Part shown: one piece after another, positions 1 to 12,100 of the stretch
Numbering within the stretch: position 1 is the first letter of the stretch
Layout: every line of letters starts with the position of its first letter
Assembly: GCA_002269645.1 (NCBI GenBank)
Contig: NIVC01004900.1
Span: 1-32,014, forward strand
Reading direction: 5' to 3'
DNA: 32,014 bases
DNA from: Macrostomum lignano
Lineage: Eukaryota
Notes under the pieces: model-generated
Databases searched by the model: none
The model's input: the letters and a program-made list of their open reading frames with translations, nothing else
What the model was told of the DNA's origin: nothing
Made by a program: the position numbers and the translations under genes

Positions 1-1241
1 ATAGCTGAAGACATCGTTTTGGCCTGATGCGTCTCATTTTGAACGTAGATACCCTTTGGTCAGCATGTTTTTCACATAATTTCTGCAGATACGATCGGTA
101 ATCCTGACTAGTGTAGGCAGCCATCATGAGTACTACGAGAACAGAATGTAGAAAACGATGTCCTTCAAGATGTCGTTCATGTTGTTCTCACGGATTCTGG
201 ATGGTGATGTTAAAATAGCTGTAGTAGAAACTGTACATTAGTTTCAAAAATATTTGTGCAAACTTAAAAAGTTACAACGGTGAAATGGTGATAGAATTTC
301 CTTACCGCTGCTCCCGCAACTCCTCAGCACGTGCTCATCAGGCGGCGGAGGCGCCCGCTTCGACTTCAGGAACATCTCCCTCTTGCTGGGGTCGGTCAGG
401 TCCTTGATGCTCAGCCGCTCGTGCACTGGCGGGAGGCCCGCAGCGACCATCTCCTTCGTCACCTCGTCCTCGTCCTCGTCGATCTTCTTCACCAGCAGAG
501 CGTAGGCGGCGGCGATCACCACGATCTTCACGGCTGAATCAGCACGATCGACTGCAGCAAAGTGACAAGCATCGAGGCGAGCCACTCGGACGTCTTGGCC
601 TCGCCGAGAACTCCGCCGAACTCCACCATCAGATAGGTGCACGCGGCCACGCTGAGAAACGACAGGATGTAGCCGATGATGTAGGACCACCAAGGCAGAG
701 GCCACACGCGGCGCACGGCTGGGCGGATTCGAGCCAGGACTTTTGACTTGAGCGACTTTCCGGCGGCTTCTTCGGTGGCGACAGACGGTTCGCCAATGGC
801 ATACTTTTCACCATCCCAGCGCCGCTCTCTTCGTCAGGTGTGACCGCCGCGTGGCTTCACCTTTGAGGCCTTCTTCGGCTTGTTGCGTCTGTTTTTGAAC
901 AGCACAACAATGAGCACGTTAATCGGCAGGATGATCAGCGAGGACACAGTTGCCAGGTAGATGCTGTGAGCAGTGAGCTTTATCGGGCCGAACTCGATGA
1001 GTTGCGGACTCTCGACATGTTTTGACTGTCCGTAGAACATAAGGTTGACCATCATGGTGCTCATGACCAACACCAAGCAGGCTGTGGCTCGCTGGACTCT
1101 CGTGAACTTGCTCCTGGGAGACCTGGTCACCACCGAGAGCCACAGGTGGCCGTCGTTGAGGTTCTTCTGCGCCTTGCTCCAGAAGACGACTTCGAACTTC
1201 CTGACCTCCTCCATTCCGGACACGGGCAAAATCCTGTCCAC
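1..1241 (-). other. Polycystin-1 membrane region after PLAT (about TM2-TM6)
   Basis: HLWLSVVTRSPRSKFTRVQRATACLVLVMSTMMVNLMFY, PLPWWSYIIGYILSFLSVAACTYLMVEFG, and ENNMNDILKDIVFYILF(L)VVLMMAAY are typical PKD1-family segments. Confidence 0.85.
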
Positions 1242-4200
1242 CTGAAATTGGCACACTGATGTTGCGTCTCTGCTCCAGTGCAATGTCTACTCAATAAAAT
1301 GCTTAGCTTACCATTCCGTCATCCTCGTCAATGCGAACCAACGATTGCAGATAAAGAAGTACTTGTCTCCTGTCTGCAAATCTTCAACCAGCAATCGATT
1401 GAAGTACCACTTGGGATCTGAGCCGGCGTTGTCGTGCCAAATCCTGGCATGGGTGAGACGGCCGAGGTAGCTCGGAGTCGTCATGAAGAACGAGTCTACG
1501 CAGCCAGTTTGCAGAACGGGTCTCTTAGGATCAAGGACCGGCCGAGCCTCACTCTCCGAGTCCTCGCCGATCAAAGAGAATGACACCTGGGCGGTCGTGC
1601 CGGCGTGTCGTCTGGCGCCCGTCCAGAAAGTCAACTCATACCTGAGAATTTTAAACAATTATTGAATGTTTTAAAATTGCATAATTTTGATAACTTCAAG
1701 CTTTCATAAGATCAGTCGAGAGTCAAGCCTGTCCGTAAAGAAGAAGATAATAATTACTTACCTGAATTCGTCTGCCGGATGATTGTCTGGCAACGGCGTG
1801 ACGCCAACCTTCTTCATGTCGTCCTTGTCTTTTCTGCGAACCCAAACAACAATGATTAGGTAGAAACAGACCAGTGCCAGGACCACGCTCAGTGCGATCG
1901 GGTTGCTGTCCAGCTTCAGCCAGCCCGAGTCGGAAGGATTAAACGCCAACGGTGGCACGTAGAATGAAGACATAAACGAAGTCATGTGGCTGCTGAAGCA
2001 TTGCGTTTCAGTTGGCGTACTGCACTGACCGACCTGAAAAAAAAACATTTTCAACACGTATTTATAATTTGAGGGGTTATTGAAGAACTAAACAAAGTTT
2101 ATTCTGAAACGTTTTCATACATGAACGCCTATATTGCTAAACTGAGAAGAATTCGTGTCAAAATAATAACAGCCAGCCGTAAACGCTGTGCTCTTGAAGT
2201 CCATGCTTAGGTACTGATACTCTGGTATCTTGGAATTTTCGCTGTTGCCACTGCTGCTGTCACCATCTATAGTTTTCACGGATGGCTTTCCGTCAACGTC
2301 CAGTTTAATTGCTCGAATGCCGAAGTGGACGGTTTTTTCGACCTCGCGGCTGTAATTATAGTAAATAATATTCGCTTTGTATTGAAGTTATAATTATTAA
2401 AAGACATATAAGCATAAAAACACGTGCGTATTGAGATCGTCCACTGAAAGGTAGCAAGTCCACAAGTCAGGCTGATATGAATTCGACTTCTCGCAATTGT
2501 CTGTTGAATCCAAGTCGCTGTTTGGACTGCACCAAGTCGAGTTGCACATACAATTGGTCAGCTTATAGTCCGGTCCAGCTGGTACTGACGTCCCATTATA
2601 GTCAGTCAAGGGAGAGCAGAACCAACCCAATGTGCTGTTCCTACAGTTGCACGGCTCCTGTCTAAACTCGGAGCCCGAACTCGAGTCGGAGGCGTTAGAA
2701 GGTGCACTACACATAGTCGTTGCTGGCAGCGGCAGCTGGCACAGCCGGTCATAGGAGCTATCAGTGGGTGGCTCTCCCGCTTTAAAGTACACTAGGAAGC
2801 CGTAGTTCAATAAGTTCGTGGCCGTAGTTTCGTTGCGAGCGGTGGCGTCGGTCGAGTTCAGATATTGCTCAACTTTCACGAACAAGGCATTGCTGGTCTC
2901 CACTAGTACTTTCTGAGTTTGCAGAGTGACAGACTTGTCTGCTGTCTGTCCGTAAGTGCTGGGAATTGTCTCATTGTCCGCCATTATGTTAGTGAGCCGC
3001 ATTTCAATCCAAGAAGATGAACCGAGATCACTGATGTCATATTCCCCATTTGTAGAGGAGGACATGGTAATGGAGTAAGTGCTCGAGCTCATGTTTCCAC
3101 CGCCTTTGGCCGATGCGAACAAGTTTGACTTGCTTTTGATGACCTGAGATTTAAAAAGGCCTCGTGCAGTAGATGCCATGCTAAAATTACTTAAAGTAAG
3201 AAACGAAAGAGTCTTACTTTCGTCAGCGCTGACTGGGAGGGAACCGTTGTGTTAGGATTTCTCGGATCCGGTTCCACTAAGAGGCTGCTTCCGTAGCTAT
3301 CTTTGAAATCGCCGAGCTTGAAGTTGTCACATCCTGTTGAACCGCTGGCCTTGAGTTTTGCTGGAAGTTTAAAAAAGTAATAACTATGGCCTGTGTAATA
3401 GTTAAAAAGAATTTAAGCATTAAAGGTAAACAATGAATATAGTTTTTAGCGTACCATTATTCAATTTGCTTGGCTGCCGTTTCACGACCACAATGCTGAT
3501 GTTGGGAGTTGAAATATGCGTCTCCCGTTCATCCGTGACCATTTTGTTAGCCAAAGAATCGGCAGCGGTAATGTAATTGCCTAGCTGCTTGTTTCCAAGT
3601 TTTAGTTTGTTTGACGACTTGTCTTGGTTTCCTGCTCCGTTTTGCTCTGCGTTGTTAAGTGACGAGGTAATACTTTCGGAGGATGTAACTAGCCGATTCA
3701 CGCTAGCGAGAACTTCGTGGTACGACACGCCGCGCTGCTGCGAGATTTCAAGCAGATTTTTTGCCATATTTTTTGCCGTTTCAGCAACTACGTCAAGTGA
3801 ATCCTCGTCAAGTTCACCCTCAGTAATTGTGCTGAGCATTTTCGACTGGAATTCGAGGTCTCTCAGTCGATTGTCTGTCGTGGTGTTGCTATCAGAGGCG
3901 TTAACGCACTTTGATATCAGATTAACAACTTTGCGCTTGAATAGAATCATCTCTTGAACCTGAGCAGGTGTATCCACTGTTACAGTGCTAAGGGAGTTAA
4001 TGGCTGGGAACGCAGCCTTACCCATTTCACGAGAGTTTCCTCCGTAAGCGGAGCCTTCAATTCTGTTGTAGATGTTCCCATTGCTGAGCTCGTCAATGCT
4101 CATTTGTCGCTCCTTGACCCGTAGCAAGGTGGAGATATTATAGAAAGATGAAGCCATCGCTGCGTCAAACACCTCAATGCAGATAGTAATCATGTAGTCA

Positions 4201-7200
4201 CGCTTCTGAGAGCCGCTAGGTAGCATTGTAGCCTGGCTTAGTTTGCATTCATTTGCACCTGACAAGATAGCGGTATTCAGTAAATAAGATGACGTATTGA
4301 GCTATTTACTAATAGCGAAAATGCACTGCTCACCTATTTCAATCGGAATGCAGTCATCCGGTCCGCTTGGGTTCTCCAGCTGGCTGTAACCAATGTTGTA
4401 CTTTAGTGAGCCGTCGCTATCCGTGGCGCCGTCGCACGTAAGCTGAAATCTCGTATTCAAAGCTTCGCCAACGGTAGGAAAGGCTCGAACAGAGAGCAGG
4501 CTTACGTCTGGAGCAGTGTTGATCATCAAGTACAGCAGTTTGAAGCCATAGTTAGTTGGTGATCCATCGCGGTAGGACTTCACCCTGAGTATGTAGATGC
4601 CGTTCGATGCACGCGGCAGACAGCCGACTCCATCGATGGCAAGTCCCGGAGAGAAAATGCCTAAAATATCAGAATATTTGTTTTAATCTGAGTAAACTAT
4701 TTTAAGCCTTTTAAAGAAACTTTTCAACTTCTGTGGCAAACTTTACCTGTACTTGCACAGTTTTGGCCATCTAAAATTAAATATAGAAAGCATATATTAA
4801 TTTTTGTGCTCTTCCACGAAAATGCAACTGATTGATAGATAGCTATTTGATAAGTACTTTTATGTCCAATACAATAAAAGATGATTACCAATGATGCTCC
4901 AGTCCGGACCCATTTCATCCATATCTAGCTGGGCCAGGACTGAACTCTGCGACAGATCGTACGGACAAGATGTAACTGGCTTTTTTAAATTAGAAATCTG
5001 CCAGCGATAATGAAATCTCACGCCCGGAATGTAATTGTCAATCGATGTTTGGAATTTTATCGGAATGTTTGGGTTGATGTTGATGGCTTCATCTTCGCAG
5101 GCTCTTCCGTTTATCTTCGGGTTCTTAATGACGCTCCTGTGGCAATTGCTGATGCATCTAAAATTACAAAGGCACACCGTAGGGTCAGACAATGTCATTG
5201 CTAAATAAGTAATGCAAAAAGCAAGCTTACATGTCAGTTATAATTGGTGGCATTCCAAGAGTAAATGTAGCGACTACATTAGTGATCTGTGGTTCCAACG
5301 ATGGATCGTTTTTATCCCGCACAACAACATAAATTCTGTGGCTTTGCTTCTCAAATGTTGTCAGAGTGTTCAAAATGAGACTGGAATCAGATCTTTGACC
5401 AGACATGTAATACAAGTAGCGGTATACTTTTTTGCTTATGGCGTCATCTTTCCATTTTTTGAAACTCGGAATGTCATAAACATAATCCATTTTTCCTGCT
5501 CCACCCGAATAGTTCCAATCACCTTTAATTATGCGAGAAAGATGATGTCTAGTCTTCAGAGGATCCAATGAAAAACACGTTAGGTTATGTACCACGTCAC
5601 CATTCATGTTTGTCTTGTTGCAGACATTCTTCGGCTGGTTTGCAAAACTGTACGAGGCATCGGGACCGAAGATGAGTTCTCCCTCGCACTCGCGGTTGCA
5701 GTAGTACTCAAAGTCCCAGTCACTGAACTCTCCAGCCAAGGCGAACTTGTTCGGATTGACGCTGCAGCTCGCGTCGAACTCCACCTCGAAGCCGAACTTG
5801 CTCTGCGCAGGGCTGCTCAGCTTGTACCACCTCGAGAGCTCTTGGTCATACACTCTGTAGCTGAGACATGGTCGCAGAGGCGCCTTGTAGATGTAAACAT
5901 CAATCGAGTCGGTTGTGTTCAGGGCGGGCTCTTCGACCATCGTGGCCTGTACAGTGATCCTGTACACTGTGTGGATGTTGAATGCATAAGGAAACACAGT
6001 GAAAGTCTTGAGTTGGTTGTTCGATCCTTGGTACATCACTCCGGATATCATCGTATCGTCCAGAGCAACATAGTTTACATGACTTGGGTAGTTCTGATGG
6101 AACTGCTTCAGCTGTGGTAGGAAGTCTTGCCATGCATTGGTGCCGTTATTGTATCGCTCGATTTTCCACTTCACTTCGACACTGTTATTGTAGCAGTTGA
6201 CACTGAGGTAGGGGTTAAAGACGAGAAGTTGGTCTCTTGAAAACCGCGGATCCGGCATCGAGTACGAGAGATTGAGCTTCGGCTTTGAGCACGGCCCCTT
6301 CGAAACTACCATGTAGAAGGAAGTCTCCTGCATGGAGTACTTGTTGTAGCCTTGCAAGCGAACAACCTTTTGGTCAAAATACGTAAAATTCTTGATGAAA
6401 AGAACGACTGTAGACACAGGAGGACTCGTCAGCGACTCTTGGTAGAGCCTGTTGTACTCTTGCGAAAGTTGGTTGTCCCAGTACATGCTGCCATATAGAG
6501 AGCTCACTGGAGACAGAGTTTGGCATGCGGTGGCACTGCCAAACATGTGAGCGCTCTGATTGGCTACAACTTTGTCACCAAAGGCGCTAAAGTCCACAAC
6601 AAAGCAAGCTTCTGCAGGAAGTGTTCCCAGATCGATGAACACTTCGTATGGCTGCATCATCGATGCTGTGATTTCTGCTCCAATCTCGAGCTTATCCACT
6701 GGTCTGTAGACACTGATGTTTACTGACGCGAAAGCAGTGCTGTACGCATGGGAAACATTGACTTTGATAAGATAGCTTCCTTCTTTTGCATACTGATGGC
6801 TGACTGAGTTAGTGCTGGATTCAGTGCTGATTCCGTCACCGAAGTCCCAGGAATACTTTAAACCTGGACCGCTACCGAACTGCATTGTGGCAGTGAAGGT
6901 CACAGGCCTGTTTCTCGGAAAATACCGTTGCGAAACCCACGCGGACATTCTGGGATCGGCAGCAACATCGGGGTGAGGCACAGCGGCCACTTTAGGTCCC
7001 ACAATCAATGCAAAAATGGAGATGTTGTGTGTGATTTCCTGGAGTCCGATGGGTTTAGTGACTCTGACGGTGGCAGTAAAGTCTCCCGTCCAGCTGTATG
7101 TCTGAGGTGGAAACAGGTAACAGAAGATCAGACTGGGTTCGATGCTTGAGCAGGTAGTGTTTTGAGCTGATGTTCCCGTATTACAAGTTGTTAGTCTAGT

Positions 7201-10200
7201 GGGTCCAGTCACACCACTCGAATCGCCCTTGTCGATGGTCACATCACCCAAGTACAGATTCGGCTGTGATGTGTAGTTTGTGCTAGCACACAGAATGAAG
7301 TTCGGATCCGTGATATTTGATGAGCTCATGTCGATGAGTCCAAGTTTTAGAGCCGAGATCGCAAATCCGAACGGTACCAACAAGATTTCGACCGTTGTTC
7401 CTTCAAGTGTGATAGTCTCCGAGCTCATTTTGTTGGTTACTCGGGCGGTGACGGTGAAGTTAGCAGAAGTCAAGTAGGTGTGATTGACCAGCACCGAGTG
7501 TTGTCGACCCTCAATAGTCATGTTCGCGACATTCCCATCTCCGAAGAAGACCTCGAGCTCATAATCGGAGCCCCAAGTAACGGAAAATTGGAAGCTCATG
7601 ACTTGGTCTGTGAGTCCCACGCGAGCGAAGGCAAGCAGCTTCGGATTCTGTATTTGTTCCTGCACAGTCACGCGACACTGAAAGCTGAAGTTGGAAACTC
7701 GATTCCACAGAGTTCCATAGATGTCATATTCTCCGTAGTCAAAGCTTCGAGCTTCGGAATGCGTTGGATCAGACTGGGTCCACGTGAACTGAGTTGAGAC
7801 GTTTGCGACATTGATGACATAGTAGTCGAGGTGAACGTTGCTTGGAATAAAGTTTGCATCTCCAGTGTAGTTAAAATTGAAGCTTGTACCTGCACCCGCA
7901 GCATTTGGAAACAAAGGCAGGAACCTATTGCAATCTACAGTGGCGTTGTTTTGGTTCAGAGGGTGCTCGATTTGGATGATGACCTGAAACGAAATTATAA
8001 TTAAGCTATGCATGTTATGCATTGATCTGGAATGCATTAATTTTTTACTTACGGATGGCAGTTCCTGCGTAGATATATAGTTCGATGCGGTACATCGGAC
8101 AGCAAAGCTGCCATCGATGTTGTACACGTGACTGAAGCTCTTGCTGCCGCTGTGCAATATTGGCTCACCATCGGAGAAGTTGCAGGCGTATGTTGGTCTA
8201 CTGCCCGCATGAGCTTGAACTTGAAAATTAATCGGAACTCGAGATTGGGCTGAAGTGAAGTTTTGGTGTCGGTTTTTTTATTTATCAAGTATTTCTTAGG
8301 TTTAAATTCATAATACGAGTCGTATTTCGCGGCCTCTTACACAACAGCGTGCTCGCAACAATAACTGCTCCGGACACAGGAATCTGAACAGTGACTGTCT
8401 TGGCAATTAATTGGTTGCTATTTCCTACATTTAGCTGGATTGTATAGTTTTGATCCAATGAGCAGATCGATTCATTGGAGCAGAAGCTATCGTTGTACAC
8501 CGTGGACAGGATCATCCGGCTTTGCCTGTAGCCAAACAGTTGTACGGCCAGGTCTCCGCCCGGACTAGCTGTCGGAGAGATCGTTAAGACTCCGCCAGAG
8601 TCAACATTATTCAAAATATCGTTTGTTGGCCCAGCCTTTTCAGAGAGTCCGATAGTCGAGTCTTGGATGCCGACAATGTCTCCGGGTAGAACCTCGAGGC
8701 GATTTGAGCCATTCAGATTTACTAAGTTGAGTCCTGGAGTAGCTGTGATCGCGACGCTGTTCACCAGTACATAGGTTCCGGCAAAGAGGGGTGAAACACT
8801 TCGGGTCACCTGTCCGGTTGTGAGGTTTACGCACGCCCTGTTAACTAAACTCCATTTGCTTCCGCTTCCGCAAGCGCTGGCTCGGACGGTACCGTTGCAC
8901 TTTGAAGCCAGCGGAATGCAGGCGTTGCTGTAGTAGCAGTACTTTGCCACGTTGGAACACATTGGTCGATATTGAATCACCTGGAAAATTAAAGATAATG
9001 ATATATAAAATTAACATAGATGCGCATTTGCTCTTACGTGATGTATTCTATTTCATGTTAAATTTACTCTGCTCTTTTTTATTATACATAATAAGCATTT
9101 TTTTACCGTCCACTCAATCATCTATATACTACTTATAGTACAGTTTTCTTGTGCTTTTGCGTTACACACACTTTGCTTTCCAAAAATGATGCATGCATGC
9201 CGCACAAATTTTCATATTGTTTCGCACATCCTTTAAAATTTTTACTATTGCGCTTGTAAACAAAATTCAAGAGCCTCGTGTCCCTATCTTTGAGTCCCTT
9301 GTGTCAATCTAGCAATTCGTTTTATTATGGTGACTACTCACATAAATTTGAAAACTGGATCCCGAGAACGTGTGAAACTGAACCTGGGTGACTGTGGTTG
9401 GCTGCTTAAAGTCGAATTCGCGAAGCAAAACAACCGGTGAACTCGAATTGGCAGTTCTTGTCCTGAGGGTGCCGTTGCCTTCGTATTCTTGCAGGCTGAG
9501 CTTGCGAAATGTTCGGGCCATGGGTTCTAGGAAATTTTAAGAATAAAAACATGGAATTTTATGTTTGGGTTAGGCGAGTTCTACCCAAAGTTTTCTGTTT
9601 TTTTTCAATAAAGTTCCTAAAAAGTGTTGAAAATTGTTATTGAAAACAATAACTTTAGTAATTTGCAAAAACAAATGATTTTAAACATATTTTTCGTCAA
9701 AAAACTTTATCGATAAACATTTTAATAGACTTTCATTCACTACGTTAATTTAAAAAGGTATTAACTTTTGTTTCACCAAAGTAGACACCTTTACTAGGAC
9801 TAAGAAATTTTCTTCGTCCTATTTTATTGATGGACTTTCGCGATAGCAGCTAGCACATATTAGTTAATATTTGTTGCAAGAATACTCAAGAAAACGCCAA
9901 ATGTGCCGCTATAACAAATAATTTTTATGACGCAAATTTGTCTTGCCGTTAATATAAAAAGGGGCAGTTCGTTAGCGTACAATAAATGAAAACTCTTAGC
10001 GCCTGTTTAATGGATCATTGCCAAACACTGTCATTAAAATATAAATATTGAAGGAAGCCAATAAGAATGCATCTTACCAATAAAATTTTCCAATGTTTTA
10101 ATCTCGCCGTTGCCGAAGTCAACTAGCACGGATTGATTAGTGCCAAGGTTGATGCTGGCAACAACTTCCACCTGGGTGCGGATCGGCACAGCCTTGTACA

Positions 10201-12100
10201 GGTTGCCGCGGTAGTCGATTTCGAGTTGCACTCCCTCGAGTCGCTGGTAGGTTTGCACTACTCTAGTTTTGTGCAGCTGGGCTACGCTGGAGCTGGTCAC
10301 AGCATGGAGCACGTATCTGCCGTCTAAATGGGCAGTGACAGTCAAGAGTAAACGGTAGGTTACACTGTCAATTGGCGAATTTCATTACTTTACATAAATT
10401 TTTATTTACGCAACTTTGCTCAAAAACTTGGCCATTTGACTGCTAGTTGTCATGGTAAATCATACATATACGAAACAGCAGTATCCATGGTATTTCAAAA
10501 AGTGGTTATGCACACAAATCGTTAAATCAAGAGTTTGACAGCCTTAAATCCTAGATCTTTACTGGGGACCACCTGGGAAAGGCTTGTACCCTCTCTGTGC
10601 CTTGAGGGTTGGTCCTCATTGGTGTGAATCAATGTCAATGTATGAGTATTTCAAGCTTCATTATGGTGATTCATGACATCCCTGCGCCTATCTGATTCCC
10701 ATTAGCAAACAAATAATTTATTTACTTTCTCATTATTGTGCTTTGCATGTCTTTCAGTCTTTTCTCTTAAATTGCACTACCCAACCAAGGCAGTCAGTCA
10801 GTATGCGTGTGTACTAACGGGCTCACCTGAGAAGGTTGGCCTAGCTAGAATCCCAGAAAAATTGGCTGGCACAGGTTGCTCGAGTAGCACAGAGCCTGTA
10901 GCGGCTCCAGTGGCCAGGAACGGATCGTGGTCAACAATTCTTCCGAATACGCCGCTAACATCGGAGCCGATGGAGGCCGCCATGATGTCCTGGACGGCTT
11001 GCTCACTGTTTGGACCAGTCGGTGCTGTTTAAAACAAATATACAAATCCTGCGTATTATTTACAATTCCAAGGAAAATAGCTATAGCGATACGGAATGTG
11101 TATGTATCTACAATTGTATCAAGGGACAACAAGAATTAGTCGGTTTTTTCAGAGTTCACAAGAACATCTATATAGGTCAAAACGTTTTATGATGCTGGCG
11201 TGAAGACAAACACAGTCTAAAAGTTCTAAAGAATAGTGTTTCATTCTTCGGTAGATTTTGATCGTGAAATGGTTGTGGATACACCGGATAAAGGTTGTTT
11301 GCTTTCAAGGGGCTTGGGCGCTCACATCTTTGCACTCGTCAGGCTAGTATACTCGTATATACACAGTCTGGTTCAACCCTCACGAGTGCATATTACCCAA
11401 TATAATCTTTTCTTGATAAACAAGGCTACAATGAATGAGATATTTATCAAGGAACATGGTCCTTTGCATTTGCTACTTTTTAGTGTTGTTTCGTAAAATT
11501 TGAGTTTAAAATTTCGAGTTTACGTCAGTTTTCACTTTTATCTATAATTCCAATAATATTGTCCGTTTAACTCAGCGTAGCACAAATACCGTCGGAGACG
11601 CTCAAATCCATCTTGGTCGGAACAATTTCGGTTGGCACGATGGAGTAAAGCATCATCTGGGAATTCCAAGTCACCGATTCGCACTCCTGAGTTGTTGGGC
11701 CGCAGGTCTCAACGCATCCCGTAACGTTTGCGCTCGGCAAGTTGTAGCCGCAGAAGCAGAGGGATGCGTGAACTCCAGCGTAGCTGCATTGACGAGAATG
11801 GGAAAGCGACCCACTGTACTCATCAGCGTGCCTAGCTCGCATCTCTTAGCGTGTCTCATTGTCATCTCTTAGCGTGTCTCCCTGTCATCTCTTAGCGTGT
11901 GTCACTGCCATTTCTTAGCGTGTGTCACTCCCATATCTTAGCGTGTCTCACTCACGTCAAGCTGCGCGCCCACAGTGCCGCATCAACCTACATGTATTTG
12001 CTCAACCCCGATCGCGTTTATCTCCATCGATTTATACTTCCTAACTAAGTATTCACATTTCCTTGTCACTTCATCTACGTTAATCCAATAAATTAAAATA
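1..12100 (-). CDS. Polycystin-1-like (PKD1/PKD1L family) multi-exon gene; 3' end beyond window start, 5' end uncertain
   Basis: Minus-strand ORFs join through GT-AG introns (e.g. 197-305, 1242-1311, 1642-1761, 2034-2120, 3181-3217, 7985-8052). Domain order is WSC, PKD (WDFGDG), REJ, GPS (CFSSHMTSF), TM1, PLAT, TM2-3 (GHLWLSVVTRSPRSKFTRVQR), further TMs. Several 1-bp frameshifts are needed to keep the frame. Confidence 0.93.
1312..1641 (-). other. PLAT/LH2 domain exon
   Basis: YELTFWTG...AGTTAQV...IGEDSES...G.VDSF...LG.L...RIWHDNAG.DP.WY...V.DLQT...FFICNRW matches the PLAT consensus; flanked by AG and GTAAG. Confidence 0.92.
1762..2349 (-). other. GAIN C-terminus / GPS motif and TM1 (two exons, 2121-2349 and 1762-2033)
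   Basis: AGCYYFDTNSSQFSNIGVH|VGQCSTPTETQCFSSHMTSF, then PIALSVVLALVCFYLIIVVWVRRKDKDD. Confidence 0.88.
3218..6330 (-). other. REJ module and GAIN N-terminal region
   Basis: GPCSKP, FDASCSVNP, DICISNC, INTAP...V.AFP..GEALNTRFQLTC and LKYNIGY motifs lie between the PKD repeats and the GPS. Boundaries are approximate. Confidence 0.7.
6400..8250 (-). other. Array of PKD (Ig-like) domains
   Basis: CNFSDG...SFSHVY, VFFGDG...VNHTY and YSWDFGDG...VSHQYAKEGSY, plus divergent copies. Another partial copy (VDFGNG) lies at ~10075-10365. Confidence 0.85.
8880..8980 (-). other. Cys-rich motif resembling the PKD1 LDL-A-like segment
   Basis: RPMCSNVAKYCYYSNACIPLASKC has Cys spacing similar to my recollection of human PKD1 C..GGRWC..ANICLPLDASC. 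Confidence 0.5.
11590..12100 (-). other. WSC-like domain exons (11590-11783 and ~11956-12100)
   Basis: YAGVHASLCFCG...C...C...C fits the WSC core. The donor GTATTT at 11589 is phase-compatible with the next exon (10827-11024). Confidence 0.65.
11841..11955. repeat. Intronic 23-bp minisatellite, 5 copies
   Basis: Units ATCTCTTAGCGTGT(C/G)TCxxxxxx in tandem with period 23. Confidence 0.9.

Noticed and set aside
834-836. In-frame TGA as selenocysteine or readthrough in polycystin
   Set aside because: Better explained by two compensating frameshifts; the alternative frame (VTPDEESGAGMVKSMPL...) bridges the region.
5587-7904. Plus-strand ORFs such as 5587-6120, 7480-7797 and 7668-7904 (also 3577-3957)
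   Set aside because: Antisense shadows of long polycystin exons.
11841-11955. Repeat-spacer pattern in the 23-bp array
   Set aside because: The variable parts are diverged copies of each other, so this is an ordinary minisatellite.
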